A DNA stretch of 63,572 bases, the filler included, from Octopus bimaculoides (Eukaryota): the NCBI RefSeq assembly GCF_001194135.2. It is 4 parts of 4 records of this genome, joined end to end, with 100 filler letters (N's around TTAATTAATTAA, not from the genome) between each part and the next. Parts side by side here need not be neighbours in the genome. Positions count along the whole stretch, not along the records: positions 1 to 29,158 come from NC_069009.1; 3 more parts are not named here. One strand, given 5' to 3'. Each line of letters starts with the position of its first letter. Position 1 is the stretch's first letter. Both the position numbers and the translations under genes were made by a program. The notes beneath the pieces are model-generated. The model was not told the origin of the DNA. It ran no database searches and saw only the letters and a program-made list of their open reading frames with translations. Of this stretch, positions 1-11,600 are shown one piece after another.

Positions 1-200
1 ACGTAGAAAAATATGGAGATAATGATTATTAAAAAAAATTAGTTTGTAAAATTTCAACTTTTTAAAAAGCAGTCACTAGGTTACTAGGAAATAAGCACAC
101 CAATCGACGATGACTGACAAATAAAAGTTAACGAGTTTTATCAGTAGCCAGCATATATAAAAAAAAAAAAAAAACTGTTAGGTAAAATCCATATATAGAA

Positions 201-713
201 TATAATTATGATTAAGGGCACAGGGTCAAACTAAGGCGTTTGACCCGGTGGCAAAAATTTTTAAAAAATTAGTCTACTGTGCCTTTAGAAAGGTACCAAG
301 GTATTACTAAAGCAGCGCGATCGCGCTAGCTGGGCGCGAGTGGTCGATCCTAGCCCTAGCCCTGACCCTAACCCTAACCCGCGTGTGGAAATGAATGTGT
401 TTAGGGTCAGGGTTGGGATCGACCACTCACGACTGGCTGGCGCGGACGCGCGTTCGGGACCGTGCTACTTTAGTAGTACCAGGTGCCAAATACATCCAAC
501 CACTTATATGTACACATGCAACCACTTGAATATACACTTAAACATTACACAGTCGGGGGGAAATGGGAGCCGCAAACTGGTAATTATTTTATGAATTTTT
601 GGCTTGTTTACTGGTCCTGTGTATATTGAAGTGAATCTTGTACTGGTTGGAAGTATTTGATGTCTTTTTCTAGCATATAGGCACAGGTTTCTGTGCCCTC
701 AATTATAATTATA
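201..713. mobile_element. Non-autonomous TIR element hosting a nested MITE
   Basis: TATAATTATGATTAAGGGCACAG (201-223) vs reverse complement of 691-713 TATAATTATAATTGAGGGCACAG (21/23 identical); no coding capacity. Confidence 0.6.
300..480. mobile_element. Palindromic MITE with CCCTAA/TTAGGG arms, 9-bp TSD (Mutator-like)
   Basis: Termini GGTATTACTAAAGCAG...CTACTTTAGTAGTACC; flanks AGGTACCAA (291-299) and AGGTGCCAA (481-489); second copy at 13566-13738. Confidence 0.75.
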
Positions 714-1295
714 TATTTATAAAAATATCCGATGGGTTTTCTGTTTTCGTCTGCCGCATACATATATATTCGAGGCGGTGGAGATGGAGTATATGTAATC
801 TGGGTATACCCCCTTAAAAAATTTTTTTTTTTTACGTAATCCTATGTTTCAGACCATGGAGAATCCGATTCTGGAAAATTTTTTTCAAAATTTCGATCCG
901 CCCCCCGGTTTTTATATAGATCCACAGGGTAAACATAACCCTAACTCAAAGCCTAACCCTAACACTAGTTTTGTGAGATTTGGCTGTTATTTCTAGCANN
1001 NNNNNNNNNNNNNNNNNNNNNNNNNNNNNNNNNNNNNNNNNNNNNNNNNNNNNNNNNNNNNNNNNNNNNNNNNNNNNNNNNNNNNNNNNNNNNNNNNNAT
1101 ATGTATGGATGTATGTATATATATATGTATGGATGTATGTATATATATGTTCGTATATATGTAGTTGTATGTGTATATATGTAAATATACACATACATTT
1201 TTGAAATTTTGTTTTTATATTGTACATGGTCTTGCTTATCCAATTTAATGATTATTTCTCTCTATTTTTCAGATCGTAATATAAATGAAGCTAAG

Positions 1296-1610
1296 ATGTC
1301 TGACCTAACTGAGTGGGAAAAGGGCTGAGTTGTTGGAGTTCGAATGGCAACAGCATCCGTCTCCAGAATTGCTGAACTCCTTAGTTTTTCAGAAGCTACC
1401 ATATCTGAATTTGAGAATCATGGCAAAACCTCCAGCAGGTGTAGTAAGTCCAGCAGGACTTTGGAGGTCACTGAAAAAGACTGGCGAGTGATGAAAAATC
1501 TCAAGTAAGTTATATTCTCCGACGATTCCAGTTTTCCTCTTAATGTGAATTTATGTGTGGAGAAAATCTGGTTCAGGTTTTAATCCTGACTGGCTTTTTC
1601 CTTCTAAAAT
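1296..1610 (+). mobile_element. Degenerate Tc1-like transposase fragment
   Basis: MSDLTEWEKG*VVGVRMATASVSRIAELL...HGKTSSR followed by VIFSDDSSF; stop codon and deletions. Confidence 0.65.
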
Positions 1611-1711
1611 TTTTCTGGAATAACAATCACAAACTCTGATTCAGCTTCAAAAATTACATTTATATACCAAATTGGCAAGTTTAAGACCAGTAAATGCAGG
1701 TGAGGTGGGGG

Positions 1712-1925
1712 TTGTCAAGCGATGTTGGAGGGACAAACACAAACATACACACATATACACACACATAAATATATATACATATATACGACAGGCTTCTTTC
1801 AGTTTCCGTCTACCAAATCCACTCACAAGGCTTTGGTCGGCCCAAGACTATTAGTAGAAGACGCTTGCCCAAGATGCCACACAGTGGGATTGAACCCGGA
1901 ACCATATGTTTGGTGAGCATGCTAC
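1712..1925 (-). mobile_element. tRNA-derived SINE family A, partial
   Basis: Matches 2844-3213 head/central region (CTACCAAATCCACTCACAAGGCTTTGGTCGGCCC...CTTGCCCAAG). Confidence 0.85.
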
Positions 1926-2337
1926 AAACTACAAAGGTTTTTATCTACTGTTTATCCTTACAGAAACATTGAACAAATTTCACTGTTGCTTTTCAATGTT
2001 TTTCTATATTCTTTAGTTTATTATTGTTTCTCTGTTATTTCAGAATTACAGAATACTTTAACCATGGATTTGTCATCATTTACCAAGATTAAAGAAATAG
2101 ATATAATCCTGTTTCTGTAAATCTGTGTGAGAGAATACTGTGAACTATTTCCTCTGGCTGAGATTATTAACAATAATTTTGTTACTTCAACGCCTGAGAT
2201 ATATAAACTTGGATTACGAAGAGGTTTGCAGCGTTTTCAGATATTGACTTCTATCACAGCTGATTGAAATGTAACCAAACAAATATTTGTTTGGAATAAA
2301 ATATATGAGCATAAAGAAGAAAAATAACAGAAAAATT

Positions 2338-2800
2338 ATGGAAGACGAATTGTGCTAAGACAATATTAAGAGTGAATCACAGATTGAAGGAAATGAATCT
2401 CGAAGATTGCTGTATCTTTGTGATATCTGTGGTAAGTCGTTCTCTCAAAAAGGTAACCTGAATACACAAATGTATTCGTTCAGGGGAGAAATCATTCTCC
2501 CAAAGAGGTAACATCAATATTCACAAATACATTCATACAGGAGAGAAAACCGTATCACAGTGATGTCTGTGCTAAATCCTTCTCTTAAGTGGATTACTCA
2601 CAAACTCATTCATATAAGAGAGAAACCATGTCCATTTTTATATCTGCGGTGAATCCTTGCAAAACATTACTTCACCAAATGCAAACATATACACCAAGAA
2701 GAGAGACCTTGTAACTAATACTCTGGTATATCATCCTCTCAAAAAAGGCAGTTTGCTGTTCATATACGTAATTATACAGAGTAGCTATAATAATATCAGT
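2338..2800 (+). pseudogene. C2H2 zinc-finger pseudogene (ZNF-psi1)
   Basis: ATG GAA GAC GAA TTG TGC TAA, then in frame [18 protein letters not shown]; frameshifted CATACAGGAGAGAAAACC (HTGEK) linkers; paralog-type acceptor TTTCAG|AATTACAG at 2043/2044. Confidence 0.85.
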
Positions 2801-2843
2801 CATTTGGTGAAAGAAATGGTCTATACTCAGGAAAAGTATAACC

Positions 2844-3213
2844 TACTCTTTTACTTGTTTCAGTCATTTGACTGCGGTCATGTTGCAGCACCGCCTTTAG
2901 TCGAGCACATGGACCCCGGGACTTATTCTTTGTAAGTCTAGTACTTATTCTATCGGTCTCCTTTGCCGAACTGCTAAGTTACGGGGATGTAAACACACCA
3001 GCATCGGTTGTCAAGCGATGTTGGGAGGACAAACACATACATACATATATACGACGGGCTTCTTTCCAGTTTCCATCTACCAAATCCACCCACAAGGCTT
3101 TGGTCGGCCCGAGGCTATAGTGGAAGACACTTGCCCAAGGTGCCACGTGGTGGGACTGAACCCGGAACCATGTGGTTGGTAAGCAAGCTACTTCACACAG
3201 CCACTCCTGCGCC
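2844..3213 (-). mobile_element. tRNA-derived SINE family A, near full length
   Basis: Minus strand AGGAGTGGCTGTGTG (A-box-like)...GGTTCAGTCCC (B-box-like), CCTTGGGCAAG motif, tail CATGACCGCAGTCAAATGACTGAAACAAGTAAAAGAG; many copies in window. Confidence 0.9.
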
Positions 3214-3418
3214 CATTTCTTATATAACCTCATCATTATCTCTTTTGGTCACCATCTTTTTTTTTTTTTTTTTTCCTACTTAACCATTCCTTCAAAATAT
3301 GTATAATTCCAACTAGCTTACGAAAAATTACTGTTGATATACAGGGCAGGCCAAAAGTCATTAAAAAAATTCGACATTTCCAATTAAATAATATAAAGTG
3401 TTTTTGAAATGTGCAATG

Positions 3419-3545
3419 GATATCATCATCCTTTGACATTCATTTTCCATGCTGACATGGGTTGGATGGGCCAACTGAAGTTGACAAGCTGGAGAGCCGC
3501 ACTAGGTTCCAGTCTAGTTTGGCTTGGTTTCTGCAGCTGTGTGCA
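3419..3545 (-). mobile_element. Repeat family E (LINE-type 3' end with (GAT)n tail), fragment
   Basis: Minus strand CCAACCCATGTCAGCATGGAAAATGAATGTCAAAGGATGATGA; related copies at 13160, 21520, 21707. Confidence 0.7.
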
Positions 3546-3554
3546 CTTCCTAGT

Positions 3555-4410
3555 GCCAAGAAGCAGGGCGGGTTTGCAGGGAGAGAGCAGGTGTATGGTC
3601 CACGGAACGTGCTGTGGCAAGTGCGGTGTGGATGGTGGTGAGGGGATATCCCCGTAGGATGAAGCAGCGAGCCATGATTTGAGACTTGTCACTACAGAGC
3701 CTGCGTAGATGGAGGAATAGGGGATGGAAAGCTTGGTGTGTTTAGGGTAGGAAGAGAAGTTGAGATAAGAGTGTGTATTTGTAGTGGATGGAGGTGCTAA
3801 GAGTGGAGTGAAGGATGCTGACCGAAATGTCAAGAAAGGGGACAGAGGTGTCAGAGATAGTACAGGAGAAGTGGAGGGCAAGATGGAAGGATTGAACGAA
3901 AGAGAGGAACGAGTCAAGATGTTCATGGGAGAGTGAGGTGGCACCGATACAGTCGTCGATATAACGACCATATAGTTCAGGAGTAGGACCAGTGAAACTT
4001 GAGAATATTTGGGCCTCAACATAGCCAATGAACAGGTTTGCGTAGTTGAGGCCCATTCTCGTTCCCATAGCCACTCCCGAGTTCTACTGGTAGATATCAC
4101 CCGCGAACGAGTAGCAGTTAAGAGATAGGACAAGTTTGGCCAGACAAATGAGTGTGGAGGTTGTGGGTTGGGGCGTTGGTCTAGGAAATACTTAAGGGCT
4201 CGCAGCCCCTCGTCGTGGGGGATCACTGTATAGAGGCTCTGAATGTCTAGAGTGAAGAGAAGCTTAGAAGGGCCAGGAGGGAAGGAAAAAGAGTTGACCA
4301 AACGAAGTGCATGGTTGGTGTCGTGGATGTGAGAAGGGAGAGAAGCCACTAAGGGGGCAAGGACATGGTCGAGATATCTGGAGATAAGTTTGGTGGGGCA
4401 GCTACAGAAA
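3555..4410 (-). mobile_element. Penelope-like element RT fragment 1 (Neptune-like), frameshifted
   Basis: CSCPTKLISRYLD, LFTLDIQSLYTVIPHDEG, MAMGTRMGLNYANLF, YGRYIDD, PFLDI, LRRLCSD, RGYP across shifted frames. Confidence 0.85.
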
Positions 4411-5335
4411 TATCGTCTTCATAAATGATGTTCATTCCCATTCTACAAAAAAATCTAGCAATCTACCCTTAATCCTCTGTAGTTGTTGGTCGGAGCTATT
4501 CCTAATATATAGAAGACAGTCATCCCTATATAGACCCCCCCTAATCCTAGGGAATTGATCATTTAACTCGTAAAGAATAAATGAACCCACCATATCAGCT
4601 ATTTGAGCTGAGTCTGAGCTTCCCATGGGGACATCGAAAGCATCTGGTGTATCCTTTCTTATCCATATTTTATCGTTAAAACTAATATAGGATTTTCTAG
4701 CAGCTGTTATTACTTTAAATTCTTCTCTAGTAAGACCAGCCTTTTTATGGAAAAACCACATTGCCTTATTTAATATTAACGGATTAATCGATCTATAAAA
4801 ATTTGCTATATCAAATTGAATAAATTTAGTTTTTTTTTTGTGCTCAATAGAGTTAAACCAACCTATTACTTGGTCTGTACTCAACCATAATTCTAACTTC
4901 AACTTAATTATTATTTTAGGTAAATACTTATTAATAATGTTTTTACTTAATACTCCAATGTCTGATTTTGTTGGGCATATGTCTTAAAGATGGTTGTGTC
5001 CAAAAGTTCACTTTATGATCCTTAAGGATGAATCTCGGTTCTTTTGGTACCAATGGTTCCGTCCTATCTGTCAGGTATTTCTCCATTATTTCTTTAGTTT
5101 CCATATTAGCTTTCTTAAGTATCTTATTATTTACTATCTTATAACTCTTCTCGATTTCTTTTTTTCAGTAGATCATTGTAGTTCTGCCTGGTCAATTTGT
5201 AGATGTTTCCTGTTTTGTCAGATTTCACCAGAATTTTATCTGTATTCCTTATTTCTTTAATAATTCCTTCTATGTATTTCAGGTGTTGATTCATTCTTGG
5301 TGATCTATTAAATTTAATGCTCTTTACAACAGACC
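4410..5335 (-). mobile_element. Penelope-like element RT fragment 2 (different lineage)
   Basis: KILVKSDKTGNIY, LKDHK, FIQFDIANFYRSI, FDVPMGSSD, GLYRDD; truncated after the catalytic motif. Confidence 0.85.
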
Positions 5336-5339
5336 AAAT

Positions 5340-5720
5340 ATCTTCTTCTCACTGCACATTTTGACTCTAGGTAGTCATGACTCTCAGTCTCTGCTGGTAG
5401 CTCAACTGTAGCACCACTAAACTGCCTCAAGTTCTGCTATTAATTTGACGCTAGAGGTGACCGCAGTTGAGAGCAGTAGTCCAGAAGACTTCGAACAGGG
5501 GCGGGGATTCATTTTCCACAATTCTCTTCAAACAGTGAAGCTTCCTTTCCCAGGGCCCAGGTTGGCCGGGATGAGACTCTTTTGATTCTTTTCTTTGGCT
5601 TTTGAATTGCACTATAATTCGATTAACAGTAGCAAGAAGAATTTGAAGATTTTCTCTGGCTCAGACCAGCCTTACTTTGCCCAACAATACAACCTCTTTG
5701 AAAATCTGACAGTTATGCTG
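5340..5720 (-). mobile_element. Degenerate Tc1-like transposase N-terminal fragment
   Basis: FQRGCIVGQSKAGLSQRK and ATVNRIIVQFK, resembling the Tc1 paired-like HTH region. Confidence 0.55.
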
Positions 5721-5786
5721 AATTCTTTGTGCAGACTGAATATTTTAAGGCTGATATTGGTATATTCCTGAGTGCCAACACACACA

Positions 5787-5885
5787 CGATGGGCTTCTTT
5801 CAGTTTCCGTCCACCCAATCCACTCCCAAGGCTTTTGTTGGCCTGAAGCTATAGTAGGAGACGTTTGCCCAAGCTGCCACACATC
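5787..5885 (-). mobile_element. SINE family A fragment
   Basis: GGGCTTCTTTCAGTTTCCGTCCACCCAATCCACTCCCAAGGCTT...TTGCCCAAG. Confidence 0.75.
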
Positions 5886-6566
5886 CATGCCTGCACTTAA
5901 TGTTTCTTTCTTCAATTATATTCCCTGACGAATGTTTTTCATCAAAATCTAATACAAATGACATCCATTTATTACAAAGCAGTGAATAGTCTGAGAAGTT
6001 ACCAATAACAATGAAAACTTGACTTTTATTGTCAAAAGTTGTTGCTTATTAATCAATCGTATTAACCAATGTGTTTGCCCTCAACATATGTTGATGAGGT
6101 TAAGCATTTACTTTGATCTAATCCAAATGTTGACCCCTAAATATTCATCTCTTAATGTTTCTAGTTCATGTCCTGCATATCAGGTTATTTTCAATAATAA
6201 TCAAACATTCCGTGTCCAATTGTTTGTCTCCTAAACATGGAGAGACAACACCATGTCTAGCTTTGAGAAACTGTCAGTTCTTGTCACTATAATTTAGAAG
6301 ACATTTCACCACTAGCGTAGCTGGGAGTGCGGCTAGTAGGGGTGGTCTTCCCCGAGGGGGCACTTCTGGGTCTGCTATTGGCAGTGTGTTTTTGTTGGGT
6401 CCAGGGGTACCACATACTCTAGCTACGCTATTGCATTTTACTGACGCAGATGTTACCGAAAAATCTGAATTGGGAGGCCCAGTGGATGGGTGTCTGTCTC
6501 AAACAGATAGGATAATTTATAGTTACCATACAACTATTGTCTGTAAGATAAACAAATATTTGGCAA

Positions 6567-7800
6567 TATCAGTTTGATTAGAAAGTTCTTGGACATTTCT
6601 AATATATCACTTTATCAACAATTAAAAATGCAACAAAGAACAATCTATCCAAAAGGTAATGACCCCTGTTATTAATTACCGTTTGCCATCTTTCAGGCAA
6701 AGTTTTGAATCCTTTCATCCTGAAATCATGTGGCTTTGAATCAATAAAGTCATAAAGGAACGATTTCACATCTTTGTTTTCAAACTCTGTATTGCCAATC
6801 GCATGTTGCAATGCAGAGAATAAGTGGTAGTCAGAAGGGGCGACATCAGGAGAATACGGTGGGTGCACCATAATCTCCCAGCCCGCCTCCTTCACCTTCT
6901 CTGACATCTTCTTTTCACGATATACTGGCACGCTGTCTTTGTGGTAAATTATCTTCTTCAAATTTGAGCATTTTTCAGCCGATCGATTTGATCACAGTAG
7001 ACATCCTTGTCAACGGTGGTATTACGTGGGAGAAGATCCAAAATGATCACACCACGGCAATCCCACCAAACTTAGATCATAACCTTCTTTTGCACAAGCG
7101 GCCCTTTTGGCAAAGGTTTTAGCTGTTGACCATTGCTACATCAGGATCGTCTGCATCTCACGTTGGACTACAGTACCCACTTTTCATCCATAGTGATAAC
7201 ACTTCTCAATTTCTTTTTTCAGTAAATCTTTGTAGTGTTTTTTAGTTAATTTATAAATGTTTCCTGTTTTGTCAGATTTCACCAGAATCCTGTCAGTGAC
7301 TCTAACCAATCAAATCTTTGGCTCCGCCAGAGCAGACTTTGACAGGCAGTGACACGTGCTTGTTTGTCCGCTTCAGTTGATTCATGTGGTACTCATTTTC
7401 CAAGCTTGCTGACCTTGCCGAGACGATGCAGGTGGTTAATGATCATAACATGGGAGATTCTAAAACTACCGCGACGTGCAGTTTGCATTGGATCGGCTTT
7501 AATGACTTGCAACAATGCAACATCATCGATCTATTCTTGGCGCTTGCCTCAAGGTTGATCTTCCAGTGAATAATTGTTGGATTCAAAGCGCTGACACCAA
7601 TTACCGCAACTAGTTTTTGAGACTGTGTATGGGCCAAACGCTTCGCAGATTAGTTCAGCTGCATCACGCATGGATGTGCCATGTTTGAGGTGATACAGTA
7701 TGATGCTATGAAGAGCCAGCTTTGTAAGTGCTATTTTTGGAGCACATTTTGTGCACAAAGTCATATGTTTTACAATACAACCACAACACAGAATGCTAAC
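6567..7800 (-). mobile_element. mariner (DD34D-type) transposase fossil 1, interrupted at ~7201-7293
   Basis: VITMDEKWVL, KKVMI*VWWD, HPPYSPDVAPSDYHLF, LPERWQTVI; N-terminal AAELICEAFG and VPHE; TA+TCAGTTTGATTAGAAAGTTC terminus at 6567. Confidence 0.9.
7201..7293 (-). mobile_element. ~93-bp internal fragment of the PLE-2 family inserted in mariner 1
   Basis: DRILVKSDKTGNIYKLT; shares ATGTTTCCTGTTTTGTCAGATTTCACCAGAAT with 5203-5234. Confidence 0.75.
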
Positions 7801-8050
7801 GAGCAAATAGTAGTTGTTAGTCTTTATATCCTCGCTTTATATCCATGCTGGCTGCTCCTGATTGGTCTCAGAAACAAACGATTTGGTGTTTATCCGGCTT
7901 GCACATCTAATTTAATGATACATTTTTAACACTTTTTGATGCGTTTCCAGTAACCCATGGCTGGGTTTATATGTCGAACACTACCAACAGTCCATTCGCT
8001 AAATGAACTACTTCAGCATCAAAAATTTTCTTGTTCTCATTTTTGAATTG

Positions 8051-8314
8051 TATCAGGTTGGTGCAAAAGTAATGTCCGATTTAAAGATCTAAGGTAAAAA
8101 ATAAATAAGCCAATGACTATGGAGATATTTATTCATTAACATACTCTCCATTGCTTTCATTAACGTCATTCCATCTTTCAATGACCTTATAAATGCCTCG
8201 CTTATAAAATTCTGTAGGTTTAGAACCAAAATACGAATCCAACTCATTTTCATTCTCTTCTCTTGTTATACGAAATCCATCAAAATGATTCTGTAGTCTT
8301 CAGAACAAATGGTA
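8051..8314 (-). mobile_element. mariner fossil 2, 3' part with TIR
   Basis: TATCAGGTTGGTGCAAAAGTAA (Hsmar1-like TIR); YHLF...FYKRGIYKVIERW...NGEY. Confidence 0.8.
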
Positions 8315-9876
8315 TGGTGCTTTGGAAAAGTCTACACCCCTTTTGAAAACTGGATGTATTTTGTTTATTTTGATAGGAACAATTAATATTTTAAACTCCA
8401 ATAATTTGCTTTAATAAGCAGATCTATCACACTTTTATTTAATACACAATACATTTGAAACTGATTCTTAAACAAAGATAAAGTCTACACCCGCTTTGGA
8501 ATGTCTTCAGCTAATACTTTGTGGATGATCCTGCAGGCGCCTCGGGTAACCTTCCACGAGCTTGCTGCAGTGGTCTGCTGACAGTTTTCACCATTCTTCA
8601 TGGCAGAACTTCTCGAGCTGTGTCAGATTGGATGGGGAACATCGGTGCACAGCCTGCTTTAGATCTTGCCATAGATTTTCTATAGGATTGAGGTCTGGGG
8701 ACTGGCTGGACCATTCCAAAACTGTGATTTTCTTGCTAGCAAACCAAGCTTTAGTGCTTTTTGACACATGCTTGGGGTCGTTATCTTGTTGAAACTTGAA
8801 ATTGCGATCCAAGTGCAGAGCTCTAGCAGACTTCAGCAGCTTTGCCTCCAGTATTTCTTGGTATTTGACACTATCCATGATACCTTGGCTTGTTATCAAC
8901 TCTCCAGGCCNNNNNNNNNNNNNNNNNNNNNNNNNNNNNNNNNNNNNNNNNNNNNNNNNNNNNNNNNNNNNNNNNNNNNNNNNNNNNNNNNNNNNNNNNN
9001 NNNNNNNNNNNNNNNNNNNNNNNNNNNNNNNNNNNNNNNNNNNNNNNNNNNNNNNNNNNNNNNNNNNNNNNTTTGGCAAAGTTCAGCCTAGCTTGTTTGT
9101 GTATAGTCTTCAGAAGGGGCTTGTTTTCTAGCTACCCTCCCTTGCAGGCCAGACTGGTGCAATACTCTGGAAATTGTAGATGCATGGACATCTGTCCCAG
9201 TACTGGAAACTGAAGCTTTCAAGTCTTCCAGTGTTGCACTAGGGTTGGAGGTTGCCTCCCGGACCAGTTTTGACTTTGCTCTTCTGGTAAGTTTGCTCGG
9301 TCTCCCAGTTCTTGGTAAGGTAGCAGTGGTTTTCTGCACTAACCACTTCTTAACTACAGTTTTAACAATGCTTAGGGGGCAATTCTCAAGTTTTTGCAAT
9401 CCTTTTATAGCCATTATTTTCATTGTACTTTTGAGACAGAGGCTTGCCTATTTTCTTTCCCGAGTTGGACACCTTGTGTTTACAGTCAGTCCAAAGACCA
9501 ACATACCAAAAAACCATGTGGTGAATGATTTCGTATGCAGTTACATCACCTTATATAGCAAAATAATAGACTGGCCAAGTTTATGGTAGAACACACATCA
9601 CTTTTGATTGTTTTGGATTGTATACACCAGTGACAAACTACCTGATAATACGGTATATCTGGCGGGTATAGATTTTTGCAAAGACATTTTTCTAAGTTTT
9701 ATGATTTTAAGAATCTGTGTGAAATTTTTTAAATGTAATTTTTATATCAAAGGAAAATGTGATTGATCTGCTTATTATTTAGCAATCATTGGAATTGAAA
9801 AAAATGTGATGTTTCCTGTTAAATTATACAAAATATATAAATTTTCAAAGGGGGTATAGACTTTTGCAAGGCACCG
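8315..9876 (-). mobile_element. Tc1-like DNA transposon, near full length, TA TSD, non-functional
   Basis: TIRs TGGTGCTTTGGAAAAGTCTACACCCC / GGGGTATAGACTTTTGCAAGGCACCG, flanked by TA (8313-14, 9877-78); inner direct repeat at ~8481; RTGRPSKL, FQQDNDPKH, WSSQSPDLNPIENLW; frameshifts and an N gap. Confidence 0.92.
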
Positions 9877-10100
9877 TAATCAGAAGGAGCAAGGTCAGGA
9901 GAATCTGGAGAGGCAGTATTTCCTAACCAGGTTCTTCCAAGAGAGTTTTGGTCAGTCAAGCTGTGTGAGGACAAGCATTATTGTAATGGAAGAACCAAAT
10001 ATGAACCATTTTCTTGCACAATGTGTCTCCATCTTTCCTTTAACTTGAAAATACCCTCTTCCCAGAATCGAGGTGGTTTCATGGCAAAGAATTCATCAAG
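9877..10100 (-). mobile_element. mariner fossil 2, upstream part
   Basis: FFHYNNACPHTA...SPDLAPSD, which joins YHLF at 8314 when the Tc1 is removed. Confidence 0.8.
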
Positions 10101-10154
10101 GTATCTTTTTACGTCATCCAAGGAATTGAAATTTTTACCATGAACAGACAACAA

Positions 10155-10580
10155 CATTTCTGGCTTTGAGAAACTGCCAGATGCTGTGGGTACAGTCTAG
10201 AAGACAATATTTCACTACTGCTGTAGCTGGGGCTTAAAACAGCCAGACCAGTCTTGATTCTTGTAAAGAAGCTCAATTGAGTTGGAAAACAGTAAAAGGT
10301 AGTTTTTTCTGCCATTTTGATTCTCCCATTTTTCTCGTACTATATAACAAGTCTCTTGAACAGATATTAAACGGATATTCTCTTTTTGTCTAGCTTCGAG
10401 AGACTACCAGATACTATGGATATAAATAAGAAGGCAACATTTCACTACCAGCGTGGCTGGGGGTGGTTTGCCCCAAGTGGAACTTTTATTTCTAGACCTA
10501 TGATTGGAATCTGTCTATGTACAGTATTTCTCAGAATTAATTGTCTGGTTACTTGGGAGAAGCTCATAGTACAGCTCATA
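10155..10580. repeat. Unclassified local repeat family (also at 6250-6330, 11805-11960, 12035-12075)
   Basis: Shared CTAGCTTTGAGAAACTG, ACATTTCACTACCAGCGT(A/G)GCTGGG and TCTTGATTCTTGTAAAGAAGCTCAATTGAGTTGGAAA. Confidence 0.6.
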
Positions 10581-10934
10581 GTATGCAAGTGGCGTGACTC
10601 AATGCAGGTCTTAGAACTGACGGGAAGAGTGGCGCAAAATTAGAATTGCATCTCTTTAGATAAGGGATGTACTGGAAATCCCGGACTTCCACATAGTCTG
10701 GAAGTTAATTGGAAGCTTTTGAAAAATCCTAAGTGGTCGAGGGAGATTATTCTCGTTAGTTCCCTATTTTGTTTTGCTTGACTGCCAGGGGATCACTACA
10801 TAACTCCCTCTTTAGACGAGCAGTCAATAAGCAAAATTATTGTAGTGATCCAGGGCAGATACAAAGCAGAAACACGTGCTTGCAAAAAAAAAAAAAAAGT
10901 AAAATAAGAGAAAATACATGTATCATAATAGGTA

Positions 10935-11011
10935 CTCTCTTTATTTGTTTCAGTCATTTGACTGCGGCCATGCTGGAGCACCGCCATTAGTCGAGAAAAT
11001 CGACCCCCAGG
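10935..11011 (-). mobile_element. SINE family A 3' tail fragment
   Basis: TTGTTTCAGTCATTTGACTGCGGCCATGCTGGAGCACCGCC. Confidence 0.8.
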
Positions 11012-11349
11012 TATCTAAAAATAATTGCAGAGTTTCGTGCAACAAACCTTTAGCTGCACAGCTATGCACATCAAACTAAATGCAAAACATGGCAACTTGA
11101 AAAATACAGTGTGAAACATGCAGGGGGGGGGGATGTTTTTAAATAAACGTTCTTTTGTAAAAGAAATAGCAAACAGTGTTTTGTGACACAACGTTAAATA
11201 TAAATGGTTCTGGATAATTTTTGTGGCCAATGTACTGTTCTGCAACTTCTTGTGATATAAAGTTTAGGAGGTTTTTTGGTGCATGTGGCAGTGTTAGTGT
11301 AGGAGTGAATGTATGCGGTATGTCATGTTCTGGAATGAGATTTTCTGAG

Positions 11350-11600
11350 AAAACTTTTTTTTATTGTTGATGGATAATGTTTGTGTTTGACCATTAACGT
11401 CGACTATGAAGTTTTTTGGTGAGTGGAACAGTACTCGATGAGGTCCAGAAAAAGGTGTATGCAGCATATTAAATATGTAACACCTCTTTCAGACCTTACG
11501 GTGTACTATCGCACTCGCCAAAAGTTTTTTTTGGCCTGCTACAGTCGGGTTTGTATCGAAATTGTTCATTGCCAACCTTGCATTTTGTGCCAATTTCTTT
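11350..11600 (-). mobile_element. Probable Gypsy/Ty3 integrase C-terminal relic
   Basis: LHTPFSGPHRVLFHSPKNFIVDVNGQTQTLSIN resembles the GPY/F module; recognised by eye only. Confidence 0.5.

Noticed and set aside
350-420. CCCTAA/TTAGGG repeats as a telomere or interstitial telomere
   Set aside because: Only 2-4 units, inside MITE arms
3555-5335. Intact or active retroelement, or a Naiad/selenoprotein-type PLE
   Set aside because: Fragmented and frameshifted; no GIY-YIG domain or Naiad linker seen; clade needs a phylogeny
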